DNA of 64,000 bases from contig JAWRHV010000023.1 in the NCBI GenBank assembly GCA_040266995.1, positions 47,922-111,921 of the forward strand. The letters are read 5' to 3'. Source of the stretch: Erysipelotrichaceae bacterium. GTDB taxonomy: Bacteria; Bacillota_I; Bacilli_A; Erysipelotrichales; Erysipelotrichaceae. The notes under the pieces are model-generated. The model saw only the letters and a program-made list of their open reading frames with translations, ran no database searches and was not told where the DNA came from. The position numbers and the translations under genes were made by a program. Positions 49,854-58,681 of the stretch are shown in pieces; position 1 is the first letter of the stretch; each line of letters starts with the position of its first letter.

Positions 49854-50830
49854 CAGATCCGCGGCAAGCCTTCCGTCTGCAATACCGAAAGACGTCGGAT
49901 CCCGCCAATATCCGTATGGAGCAGTAATTGCCCCGGCTGGTCGGTTTCGACAGATCCAATGATGGATGCGTTTTGTCCATAGGGACTATGGCGAAGGATG
50001 TCCAATGCTTTTTGAGCATCTTTTTTTGCGACAATGCAGACGCATTTCCCTTCGTTGCCCATATATAATGGATCTAAACCCAATAAACCACAGAAATCTT
50101 GCACAACCCGGGAAACCGGGATTTCTTTTTCATAAATATGAAAAGCTTTTTGAGCGCTTTCTGCCAGTTCTTTTAAAACAGTAGCCAACCCTCCTCTGGT
50201 TACATCACGCATACTGTGTATTTCCACATTGGATTCCAGTAAACGTTCAACCATTGTATTCAAGGGAGCCACATCACTGCCAATCTCGCTGTGAATGGAC
50301 AAACGATGTCCTAAAATGGCTGCATGATGGTCTCCCAGATTGCCGGACACAAGGATGACATCTCCCTCCTGGGCTTTCTTTGCGGAAATATCCACTCTTG
50401 GATCGACAAAGCCAATGCCAGCTGTATTAATATACATACCACCATTTCCTTCGATCACTTTGGTATCACCGGCAACAATGGATACACCAGCTTCTTTGGC
50501 AGTCTGTGCCATGGAGTTTACTACTTTCTTTAACAGATCAATGGACAATCCTTCCTCCAGAATAAACCCGCAGGTCAGATATTTCGGAATCGCTCCCCGC
50601 ATCAACAGATCATTGACAGTACCACAAACCGCAAGACGTCCAATATCGCCATTTTTAAAGACAAGGGGGTTAACCACAAAGCTGTCCGTGGAGACCGCCA
50701 GCTTTTGATAGCCGGCGACCACAGCACAATCTTCCATTTCATTGGAAAATGAACGGGCAAAGATTGTCCGGATCAAATCTTCCGTAGCTTGTCCACCACT
50801 GCCATGGATCATCAAAATACTATCGTTCAT
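49850..50830 (-). CDS. hypE: hydrogenase maturation protein HypE
   Basis: AIR-synthase-related fold starting MIHGSGG. I chose the start at MNDSIL (RBS AGGTGA). An alternative start MTGDRM at 50845 would overlap hypD. Confidence 0.8.
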   Translation of the reverse strand: MNDSILMIHGSGGQATEDLIRTIFARSFSNEMEDCAVVAGYQKLAVSTDSFVVNPLVFKNGDIGRLAVCGTVNDLLMRGAIPKYLTCGFILEEGLSIDLLKKVVNSMAQTAKEAGVSIVAGDTKVIEGNGGMYINTAGIGFVDPRVDISAKKAQEGDVILVSGNLGDHHAAILGHRLSIHSEIGSDVAPLNTMVERLLESNVEIHSMRDVTRGGLATVLKELAESAQKAFHIYEKEIPVSRVVQDFCGLLGLDPLYMGNEGKCVCIVAKKDAQKALDILRHSPYGQNASIIGSVETDQPGQLLLHTDIGGIRRLSVLQTEGLPRIC

Positions 50831-50834
50831 TCTA

Positions 50835-51884
50835 TCACCTGTCATTTCTCTGATTGATAAAATAGGAATGACAATTGCCTTCCTCACTGACCATACAAGC
50901 TCCCTGTGGTTGTAAAGGCGTACATGTCTTTCCGTACAATGGACACTGGTAAGGTCGCATTTTTCCTGTCAAAACCTGATCGCAGCAACACTTCTGATTC
51001 ATCTTATGATCCTCGTTCAAATTAGCACTTCCGGCATCAAAAGCACTATATTGATTACGCAGCTGACGACCGGAACCACAGATTATCCCCATTCCACGCC
51101 AAACCGCATCCACCGGTTCAAAGTAACGGTCAATCAATTCCTGTGCCTTTTCGTTGCCGGCTTCTGTAACCACTTCCGGATAAAAATTCATCACCTTCGG
51201 CTGATGATAGGCATGCAGGATTCCATACAGGGCCACTAAGATTTGGCTAGCTTGAAATCCGGCAACTCCAAAAGGAATCTTATACGTTTGTGCCAGGGGA
51301 TCAAATACTTTATATCCTGTTACGACCGCTACATGCCCGGGAGCAAGAAATCCATCGATCTTTGCCTGCTGGGCACATAATGTATCCAGGACCGGCGGCA
51401 TGGTCTTCAAAGCTTTCAGCAGTTTTACATTGGAAACAGATTCCTGCTCCAGGGTCTGCATCAATAACGCATACACCGGCATGGTCGTTTCAAAGCCGAC
51501 AGCCGCAAACACAAACGTCGTTTGTGGTTCCTTTGCAGCAAGCTTTAAAATATCAAAAGGGGAGTATACCATCTCTACATGCGCGCCTTGTCCTTTGGCC
51601 TGGGCCAAACTGACTGTGCTTCCGGGGATCCGGAGCATGTCTCCGAAGGTAACCACACACGTATCCTTTCTCATAGATAACTCGATCAGACGGTCTACAT
51701 AAGAAGACGGCGTCACACAAACCGGACAACCGGGTCCGGAAATCAAATGAATTTTATGCGACAATAAAGAGGGAATGCCGCTTTTGGCAATGGCTCCTGT
51801 ATGTGAGCCACATACCTCCATGATGGAAACCTCCGGCCCGTCATACGCTTGCAGATACCGGATGATATCGGTTCGATCCATCAT
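50835..51884 (-). CDS. hypD: hydrogenase maturation protein HypD
   Basis: CGSHT, GPGCPVC and the C-terminal Fe-S Cys motifs. Confidence 0.9.
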   Translation of the reverse strand: MMDRTDIIRYLQAYDGPEVSIMEVCGSHTGAIAKSGIPSLLSHKIHLISGPGCPVCVTPSSYVDRLIELSMRKDTCVVTFGDMLRIPGSTVSLAQAKGQGAHVEMVYSPFDILKLAAKEPQTTFVFAAVGFETTMPVYALLMQTLEQESVSNVKLLKALKTMPPVLDTLCAQQAKIDGFLAPGHVAVVTGYKVFDPLAQTYKIPFGVAGFQASQILVALYGILHAYHQPKVMNFYPEVVTEAGNEKAQELIDRYFEPVDAVWRGMGIICGSGRQLRNQYSAFDAGSANLNEDHKMNQKCCCDQVLTGKMRPYQCPLYGKTCTPLQPQGACMVSEEGNCHSYFINQRNDR

Positions 51885-52096
51885 TTGAAAGCCTCCAGTT
51901 GTGAAAACAGCTCCGTCATCTGTTCAGCTTCTATTTCGTTCATTTTTTGTAAGATACAGCCAGCATGTACCAATACATAGTCTCCTGTTTTTACATCCAC
52001 CAGACCGGTTCTTGCTTCAACTTGATTTCCATTAAAATCCACAAGGGCCTTTTGACTGAACACCTTTTGTACCTTTCCAGGCAGGGCAACACACAT
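51881..52096 (-). CDS. hypC: hydrogenase maturation protein HypC
   Basis: Starts MCVALPGKV, the HypC N-terminal Cys signature. I used the internal start of the 77-aa ORF. Confidence 0.8.
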   Translation of the reverse strand: MCVALPGKVQKVFSQKALVDFNGNQVEARTGLVDVKTGDYVLVHAGCILQKMNEIEAEQMTELFSQLEAFK

Positions 52097-52144
52097 GATG
52101 ATCACTCCTTTCACTTCATTTAGAAAGGTGGAGCTTTCTCCACC

Positions 52145-52627
52145 TTATTGAATTTCTTGTTTTTCTTCGGCTGCTTTTTTTGCTGCTTCCGCTTTCTTTT
52201 TCGCCAAAGCCTCTTCTCTTGCTTTTTTCGCGGCCGCAGCCTTCTTGGCAATTTCAGCTCGTTTGGCTGCTTCTGCTGCCATCACTTCCGGTGATTTTTG
52301 ATAGACTGCTTCCTGTTTCACAGGACCCGGCGTCTGATAGCCGGGAACAATATGCAGACATTTCTTTGGACAACGCTGTACACAATAACCACAGGCAATG
52401 CAGTCAAAGCGGTTGATGGTCCATGTCCCTTCCACCTTATTGACTTTCAGACAACGTGGCGGACAGCCACGTGTACATAGCCCGCAGGAAATACATTCAT
52501 CAATGTCGATTTCTATATGCCCGCGGCTTCTTTCCGGATAGACGGCAGGCTTCTCCGGATAACTTGTCGTAACCGGTTTGGAAACCAGATTTTTTAATAC
52601 CTGACCGGTAAATGTTAGAATTCCCAT
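52145..52627 (-). CDS. echF: Ech hydrogenase 2x[4Fe-4S] ferredoxin subunit (NuoI-like) with a Lys/Ala-rich C-terminal tail
   Basis: Two CxxCxxCxxxCP motifs (CISCGLCTRGCP and CIACGYCVQRCP). About 45 aa of AKKA-type repeats follow. I started it at MGILTF (RBS AGGTGA). Confidence 0.7.
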   Translation of the reverse strand: MGILTFTGQVLKNLVSKPVTTSYPEKPAVYPERSRGHIEIDIDECISCGLCTRGCPPRCLKVNKVEGTWTINRFDCIACGYCVQRCPKKCLHIVPGYQTPGPVKQEAVYQKSPEVMAAEAAKRAEIAKKAAAAKKAREEALAKKKAEAAKKAAEEKQEIQ

Positions 52628-52635
52628 GCTCTCAC

Positions 52636-53715
52636 CTATCTTTCTGTACAGCTGATACATGGATCAATTGTTAAGATCAAAATCGGAACATCGGCATAAT
52701 TGCAACCTTTCAGCATTTCCACTAAGGCCGGCAGATTCGCAAAGGTCGGTGTCCTGATTCGTAAACGATCCAGGTATAGTTTTCCCGTCCCTTTTACGTA
52801 ATATATCGCTTCCCCTCGTGGCTGTTCGATACGAACAAAGTGCTCCCCTTTTACGTTGCCTTTGACCGAAACGCTCAATTCGCCTTCCGGAATCTTACCA
52901 ATGGCTTGACGAATGATATCGATGGATTGATAAATCTCATGGATACGCACTTCACAACGGGCATAACTGTCCCCGTCCGAAGATACGATCGGTTCAAAAT
53001 CCAGATCTCCATAGGCTTCATAACCTAGAGAACGCATATCGATATTGATACCGCTGGCCCGCGCAAACGGACCGACAGCACCTAACATATGCACTTGTTT
53101 ACGGCTTAATACGCCAACGCCTTTCAACCGGCTCTGCACAGAATAATCAAACAGGAAGGTATGTTCGATAACACGTACATCGGCTTCCACCTGGTCCAGC
53201 TCTGTCAGGATGTGTTTCAACATATCCGGTGTGATATCCTTTAATACACCGCCTACTTTATTGACAGAAAAGATGACCCGGCCACCAGTCGTCAATTCAA
53301 TCAGATCCAGGATCCTTTCGCGTATTCTCCAGCTTTGATAGAACAAGCTTTCAAAGCCGAAGCCGTCAGCCAGTAATCCCAGCCACAGTAAATGGCTATG
53401 CAGCCGGGAAAGCTCCATCCAGATGGTGCGTAAATACTTTGCGCGATCCGGGATCTCCACATCCATGACTTCCTCCACAGCTTCACAATACCCCATTCCA
53501 TGGCCAAAACTGCAGATTCCGCATGTTCTTTCCGCCACATATACCATCTCAAAATAGTCTTTTTTCTCCGTCAGGCTTTCCAGTCCCCGGTGAATAAAAC
53601 CAATAGAAGGAATAACATTGGTAACAATTTCGTCTTCCAAGACAAGATCCAGATGGATTGGTTCCGGTAAAACCGGGTGTTGCGGACCAAATGGTACAAT
53701 ACTCTTTTTACCCAT
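52636..53715 (-). CDS. echE: group 4 (energy-converting) [NiFe] hydrogenase large subunit
   Basis: N-terminal RTCGICS (RxCGxC) and a C-terminal end exactly at DPCISCTER (DPCxxCxxR). There is no C-terminal extension. The sequence is NuoD-like. Confidence 0.85.
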   Translation of the reverse strand: MGKKSIVPFGPQHPVLPEPIHLDLVLEDEIVTNVIPSIGFIHRGLESLTEKKDYFEMVYVAERTCGICSFGHGMGYCEAVEEVMDVEIPDRAKYLRTIWMELSRLHSHLLWLGLLADGFGFESLFYQSWRIRERILDLIELTTGGRVIFSVNKVGGVLKDITPDMLKHILTELDQVEADVRVIEHTFLFDYSVQSRLKGVGVLSRKQVHMLGAVGPFARASGINIDMRSLGYEAYGDLDFEPIVSSDGDSYARCEVRIHEIYQSIDIIRQAIGKIPEGELSVSVKGNVKGEHFVRIEQPRGEAIYYVKGTGKLYLDRLRIRTPTFANLPALVEMLKGCNYADVPILILTIDPCISCTER

Positions 53716-53716
53716 A

Positions 53717-54082
53717 TTATTTCTTCTCCTTCGGAAGGAACGGTGTCTCTTTTTCAATGCGATACAGCTTATTATTGTAGTCCAGTGAAATATATTTCAC
53801 ATTGACACCATAAAGCTCCTTCATCTCATTCTCATAAAATACTGCCATCGGATAGATTTCCGTTATGCTCGGTACTTCCGTGTCCAGATCGCAGATGACA
53901 CGCAGTGTCGTAAAGCGATGTAGACCATCCTGAATAAATGAATAGCTCAACTCATATTTACCATCGACATAGGCTGCACAGATCTGACTGATCCGTTCCC
54001 CTCTGTTTTTTCGTTCCAGCACATTCAGAAGCAGCTCACCTAAGTCAATTTCTTCAATCTTATATTCCCGGTTTGGTCTCAT
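53717..54082 (-). CDS. echD: Ech hydrogenase subunit D (NuoC-like)
   Basis: 121 aa, located between the small and large subunits. Confidence 0.65.
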   Translation of the reverse strand: MRPNREYKIEEIDLGELLLNVLERKNRGERISQICAAYVDGKYELSYSFIQDGLHRFTTLRVICDLDTEVPSITEIYPMAVFYENEMKELYGVNVKYISLDYNNKLYRIEKETPFLPKEKK

Positions 54083-54083
54083 T

Positions 54084-54533
54084 TTACCGTTCCTCCGTTG
54101 TCAGCTGATACGTATAGTCATCACATCGTTTTTCAAACAAGTTGATGGCCTGTACCAGTCCATCGATGATCGATTGTGGTCTGGCCGCACAGCCAGGCAC
54201 ATAAATATCTACCGGTATGGTCGTATCCACACCGCCTTTGATATTGTAGCATTCTTTAAAAATACCCCCTGTACAAGCACATGTTCCGACGGCGACGACC
54301 ACCTTCGGGTTGGACATCTGCTCATACAGCTGTTTCACAACGGGTTGATTCTGCGAGTTGATCCCCCCGGTAATCAAAAAGATATCGGCTTGTAAAGGGT
54401 CTCCGGTATTTACAATGCCAAAGCGCTCCGCATCATAAACGGGTGTCAGGCAGGCCAGAACTTCTATATCGCACCCATTACAGCTGGATCCGTCATAATG
54501 AAGGACCCAGGGCGAACGTTTTACTTTTGCCAT
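54084..54533 (-). CDS. echC: [NiFe] hydrogenase small subunit (NuoB-like)
   Basis: 149 aa with a Cys set for the proximal cluster (CNGC...GTCACTGG...PGCAARP). Confidence 0.85.
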   Translation of the reverse strand: MAKVKRSPWVLHYDGSSCNGCDIEVLACLTPVYDAERFGIVNTGDPLQADIFLITGGINSQNQPVVKQLYEQMSNPKVVVAVGTCACTGGIFKECYNIKGGVDTTIPVDIYVPGCAARPQSIIDGLVQAINLFEKRCDDYTYQLTTEER

Positions 54534-54546
54534 CTTTACACCTCCA

Positions 54547-55419
54547 TCAATGAACCAGCATCAGGACCAAAAGATTCAGTCCGGCTGCAAATAACGTGAC
54601 AAGCCAGGTAATGCGAAGCATATTTTTCATTTTCATACGGGCACTGACATTATCGATCAATACCTCTGTAAAAAATACCAACGCCACAAGCACAGCGGCC
54701 AGCGGAATGCTCCACAGATTCTTGTTCAATACAAACAAAGCGACAAATCCTAACAAAAATACATTTTCATACCACTCTGCAACATGGAAAATAGCCAGAT
54801 TTCTGGCACCCATCTCCGTAGTGATCCCTTGGACCAGCTCCTGGTGTGCATGATGCCCTCCGCTGATATCGAATGGAGATTTTCGCATCTTGATGGTCAA
54901 TATGAACACAAAAGCGATAAAGAAACCGGGCAGCTGCCACAACAAGACAGAATCCGTCTGGCTGATCGCCCCTACATTAAATGTACCGGTTACCAGATAG
55001 AAGCCGACACAAGCCAGCAAAACAGCCGGTTCATAGGTCATGATCTGTACCAGTTCACGATTGGCTGCGATCGAGTTATATGGTGAACTGGTGACAACGG
55101 CGGCAAAATATAAAAAGGTAGAAGCCGTTGACAGAACAAAAACGCTCATCAGAATATCACTGCCACTAAAAAAGATAGCCCCGGACATGATCATCAGAAT
55201 CATATAGGATAACAATAAACCGGACATCGAGGTATCCACTACATCGATCCTTTGTTTATTCAATAATTTTTTAATATCGTAGAACGGCTGCAGAACGGAA
55301 GGTCCGATACGCCCTTGCATGCGGGCTGAAAGCTTACGGTCAATGCCGCTGAGAAGGCCCCCGATCAAAGGTCCGAATACGATAAAACCAACAACACCGA
55401 GCACATTAATAATCGTCAT
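54547..55419 (-). CDS. echB: Ech hydrogenase membrane subunit (NuoH/HycD-like)
   Basis: About 290 aa polytopic protein. The start at MTIINVLG overlaps the echA stop (ATGA). Confidence 0.75.
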   Translation of the reverse strand: MTIINVLGVVGFIVFGPLIGGLLSGIDRKLSARMQGRIGPSVLQPFYDIKKLLNKQRIDVVDTSMSGLLLSYMILMIMSGAIFFSGSDILMSVFVLSTASTFLYFAAVVTSSPYNSIAANRELVQIMTYEPAVLLACVGFYLVTGTFNVGAISQTDSVLLWQLPGFFIAFVFILTIKMRKSPFDISGGHHAHQELVQGITTEMGARNLAIFHVAEWYENVFLLGFVALFVLNKNLWSIPLAAVLVALVFFTEVLIDNVSARMKMKNMLRITWLVTLFAAGLNLLVLMLVH

Positions 55420-57335
55420 ACGATCATCCCTCCCAGAATCATACAGAACAGGATGAGGATCCAGCCACTGGCAATCAGCTGAGAAAGCTTCATCGTTCGT
55501 TCCGGTTGAATAAAGTCCGTAAAATACAGATTGGACAACCACAATTTATTGTTGTGGCCCAGTGAATTGACAAACTGATTGTTGTTGCCCACATTCACAC
55601 CACTCATATAAGACAGCTTTACATTGGACTGTTGATGTCGGATATAGGTGAAAGAAACAACCGGCACCATAAAGACAAACAGGAAGATCACAACCATGAT
55701 GATCAGAATCGGTAAGGACAAAACATCCGTATACGTTCCGAACATCTCTATCAGTAACGGGTCTACGAATACCTGTGAAATGATTGGAAGCAATACGCAT
55801 AACATGATCATCATACCGGCATGTACACGCAAAGAAAGCTTTTGGCTATCCTGTGTAATCGCATCGGTCTTCGCGCTTCCTCGATGATTGCGGCTGATTA
55901 GTTTTCCCACCCATTTTGTCCAATAAAGCCCTGTTGTCGCGCTGCCAAAAGCAATGAACAGAACCAAAAGAATATTACTGTCATCCACCGCTGCTTTTAA
56001 CGCCGACCATTTGGAAATCAACATACCAAAAGGAGCCAGGAACATTCCGGCAATCCCGATAAACATAAATGTAGCTAACGAGGGTAAACGGTAGAGCAGA
56101 CCATGCATATTTTCGATATCCCTGCTTCCGATCCGGTTTTCCACAGCCCCTACTGTCTGGAACAGCAAAGATTTGGAAATCGAATGAAACATCATCAGGA
56201 ACACAGCAGCCCAGATGGTTTCCGGCATTCCCACACCACAGCAGGCAACCATCAAACCCAGATTGGAAATGGTCGAAAAAGCCAAAACCCTTTTTCCGTC
56301 ATTTTGTGAAATAGCCAGAATACTCGCTACAAAGAAGGTAAAGCCCCCAACAAAGGACACCATATTGCCTGTTAAGGTACCACGCATGGCCGGAGCCAGA
56401 CGCAGCAGAATATAGATTCCTGCTTTGACCATCGTTGCACTATGTAACAATGCGCTCGATGGTGTCGGTGCCACCATAGCCCCCATCAGCCAGGTGGAAA
56501 AAGGCATCTGTGCCGCTTTTGTCAGAGCAGCAAATGCGATACATGCGATCGGAATGATGGCCGCCGCATTCTGCATATTCCCAAACAAAACAAGGTCATG
56601 GATCGAAACCGTTCCGACGGAACAACCAAAATAGACAATCCCGAATGCCAGGACCATTCCGCCCAACAGGTTCATCCACAAGGCCCGAAATGAATTATTG
56701 ACAGCCTCTTCTGTCTTTGTATAACCGATCAGAAGGAATGAACAAACACTGGTGATTTCCCAGAACAGATCGATCCACAAAAGACTGGATGACAGCACAA
56801 AACCGAACATAGCACCGATAAATATAAATAATAAGGCAAAGAAGTATTGCCGCCGATCGGTATATTCTTTATGGTGGTTATGATATCCATACATATATCC
56901 AACCGCATATATTATAATCAGCCCTCCGATAAAGCCGATGATCAAACACATCAGGATGGACAGATGATCCACATAAATATGGTTCATCGTCTCCATTTCC
57001 GGTCCCTTGAGTTCAAACCACGTGATCAGCAGGGTAGGAACGATTGAGAGCAGACTGACCCAGTACTTTCGATACTTAAAGCTAAGGTAGGTAATCAGGC
57101 ACATCAGTCCGATTTCAGCCGCTAAAATAAAATGATCTATCCTATCTGTTTCCGGATAATAAGACATCACTTTGGTTCCGTTTGCCAGCCATTGACCAAC
57201 CAGCAGGAATACGGCAGCCATAATCACAGCAACCCCTGCATACATGATATGATCCCTTATTTTCGGTTCTTTTATGCAATAGATAAAAGGAGCACATAAA
57301 AAAGGGAATACAATTAAAAATACGGTTATCGGCAT
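55416..57335 (-). CDS. echA: Ech hydrogenase antiporter-like membrane subunit (NuoL/HyfB-like)
   Basis: 639 aa with about 16 transmembrane helices. It is first in the six-gene cluster and has the RBS AGGGCGGAGGG. Confidence 0.75.
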   Translation of the reverse strand: MPITVFLIVFPFLCAPFIYCIKEPKIRDHIMYAGVAVIMAAVFLLVGQWLANGTKVMSYYPETDRIDHFILAAEIGLMCLITYLSFKYRKYWVSLLSIVPTLLITWFELKGPEMETMNHIYVDHLSILMCLIIGFIGGLIIIYAVGYMYGYHNHHKEYTDRRQYFFALLFIFIGAMFGFVLSSSLLWIDLFWEITSVCSFLLIGYTKTEEAVNNSFRALWMNLLGGMVLAFGIVYFGCSVGTVSIHDLVLFGNMQNAAAIIPIACIAFAALTKAAQMPFSTWLMGAMVAPTPSSALLHSATMVKAGIYILLRLAPAMRGTLTGNMVSFVGGFTFFVASILAISQNDGKRVLAFSTISNLGLMVACCGVGMPETIWAAVFLMMFHSISKSLLFQTVGAVENRIGSRDIENMHGLLYRLPSLATFMFIGIAGMFLAPFGMLISKWSALKAAVDDSNILLVLFIAFGSATTGLYWTKWVGKLISRNHRGSAKTDAITQDSQKLSLRVHAGMMIMLCVLLPIISQVFVDPLLIEMFGTYTDVLSLPILIIMVVIFLFVFMVPVVSFTYIRHQQSNVKLSYMSGVNVGNNNQFVNSLGHNNKLWLSNLYFTDFIQPERTMKLSQLIASGWILILFCMILGGMIV

Positions 57336-57386
57336 ATTTTTTCCCTCCGCCCTTTAAGACTTATTTATCATATTCCTATTTCAGAC

Positions 57387-57417
57387 AAAAAAAAAGGGAT
57401 TGAATCCCTTTTTATTA
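57387..57417. terminator. bidirectional terminator
   Basis: AAAAAAAAAGGGAT-tgaa-TCCCTTTTTATT. Confidence 0.7.
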
Positions 57418-57421
57418 AATT

Positions 57422-57922
57422 TTATGAAATATCTGCTTGATGATCATGATATATACATACAGAATTTCCCTTGGCTCCAGCTTCATCTAACGCTTTGAAT
57501 GCTAAGTTAGCTGCCCCACGATATCCTCTGTCCAATTCATTGTCACTAATGGCAGCTCCTATGCTAACAGTAATTTTCTCACCGAATAATTCAGGTAGCT
57601 GAAGTGCCTGATGTAACTTCTCACATCGTTCTCTTAGCGTCTCCAGACTATCTAAATGATGAATCGCAATAATATAAGAGCCCCTGAACATCGAAGCAAT
57701 AATTGTATCTTTGTTTTCAAATTCAAGAAGCTTCTTTTCAATTTCATCGGTAACGGCTTCCATCTGTACCTTATTCAATACCACATTCAAATATATATAA
57801 TTGTCAATATCAAGCAGCACAACGGCATTGTTCGAACCGTTCAGATCCATTTCCCTAGCTTGTTTGCGGCATAATTCCTCAAAACTACTTCTTGTCTTCA
57901 TTTCAGTACACATCTTATACAC
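57422..57922 (-). CDS. stand-alone GGDEF-like domain protein with a degenerate active-site motif
   Basis: 166 aa with a DxD-type block (LLDIDNYIYLN). The GG(D/E)EF position reads RGSYI. Confidence 0.5.
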   Translation of the reverse strand: MYKMCTEMKTRSSFEELCRKQAREMDLNGSNNAVVLLDIDNYIYLNVVLNKVQMEAVTDEIEKKLLEFENKDTIIASMFRGSYIIAIHHLDSLETLRERCEKLHQALQLPELFGEKITVSIGAAISDNELDRGYRGAANLAFKALDEAGAKGNSVCIYHDHQADIS

Positions 57923-58131
57923 CTCCTTTCAAATAATAAAACCAATACGTAAAAAGACTCCTTTGGAGCCAGCACGTTCATAGATGATCTGATGGAAAAA
58001 TACTGTTAACGCTTGCTTTATTCTGAAATAATTAAAATTATTTCATCTAGTTTTTAATATTATAGCACCTATTTATTGATAATCGTATACATTTTATATA
58101 CTTTTGTTCATAATATTGTACTACTATAGTC

Positions 58132-58161
58132 AAAAAATACCACAGATGTGGTATTTTTTTC
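58132..58161. terminator. terminator after the lipoprotein gene
   Basis: AAAAAATACCACA-ga-TGTGGTATTTTTTT. Confidence 0.7.
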
Positions 58162-58202
58162 AATAAACATTTTCGCATTTTTGTACGATTATGGCTGATT
58201 TG

Positions 58203-58559
58203 TCACTTTGTTTTTTCAAATGTAAAAGTAACACCATCCTGTTCTACCACAAGATTATCACCATCTGCCTTAAACGCAAACGTATCCTGGCTGTCACTGA
58301 CTTCCACACCGTTGTCTGTTTCATCCCATTTTCCGTTGCCGCTTTCTTCATTAAATGTCACAACGGCTTTGCCGTTATCTTTCAATTCTACAGTAAATTC
58401 ACTATTTAGATCCTCCATGGACAGCTCCACACCGGAATATTCCCCTTTGGTCGCTTTCCATGTCCCTACATATTTACTTCCGGACATATCTTTTCCACAA
58501 CCCATCAAAACACAAACACATACAATGAGACAACTGATGAATGATACGATTCTTTTCAT
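58203..58559 (-). CDS. lipoprotein
   Basis: 118 aa starting MKRIVSFISCLIVCVCVLMGCG (lipobox). Confidence 0.6.
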   Translation of the reverse strand: MKRIVSFISCLIVCVCVLMGCGKDMSGSKYVGTWKATKGEYSGVELSMEDLNSEFTVELKDNGKAVVTFNEESGNGKWDETDNGVEVSDSQDTFAFKADGDNLVVEQDGVTFTFEKTK

Positions 58560-58642
58560 ATTTCCTCCTATTGATAAAAGTATTATTTCTATATGTATTT
58601 TATCAATCTGGAAGGGGGTTTGTTTACCCCCATCTGGGGGAT

Positions 58643-58674
58643 GAAAAAAAGAGCTGTTTCCAAGAACAGCTCCT
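58643..58674 (-). terminator. intrinsic terminator after hppA
   Basis: GAGCTGTT-tccaag-AACAGCTC followed on the minus strand by UUUUUUUC. Confidence 0.7.
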
Positions 58675-58681
58675 TAAATTT

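Noticed and set aside
52628-52660. Longer echF start overlapping echE by 25 nt (and similar long starts for hypC, echB, MarR, rpsR, upp)
   Set aside because: Internal Met codons have good RBSs and give canonical N-termini (MCVALPG for HypC, MGILTF for EchF, MTIINVLG for EchB) without gene overlaps.
58610-58640. G5/C5 palindromes (GGGGGTTTGTTTACCCCCATCTGGGGG) that resemble a repeat element
   Set aside because: There is only a single copy in the window. It sits where the lipoprotein-gene promoter and hppA 3' region would be and is not clearly a REP/BOX-type element.
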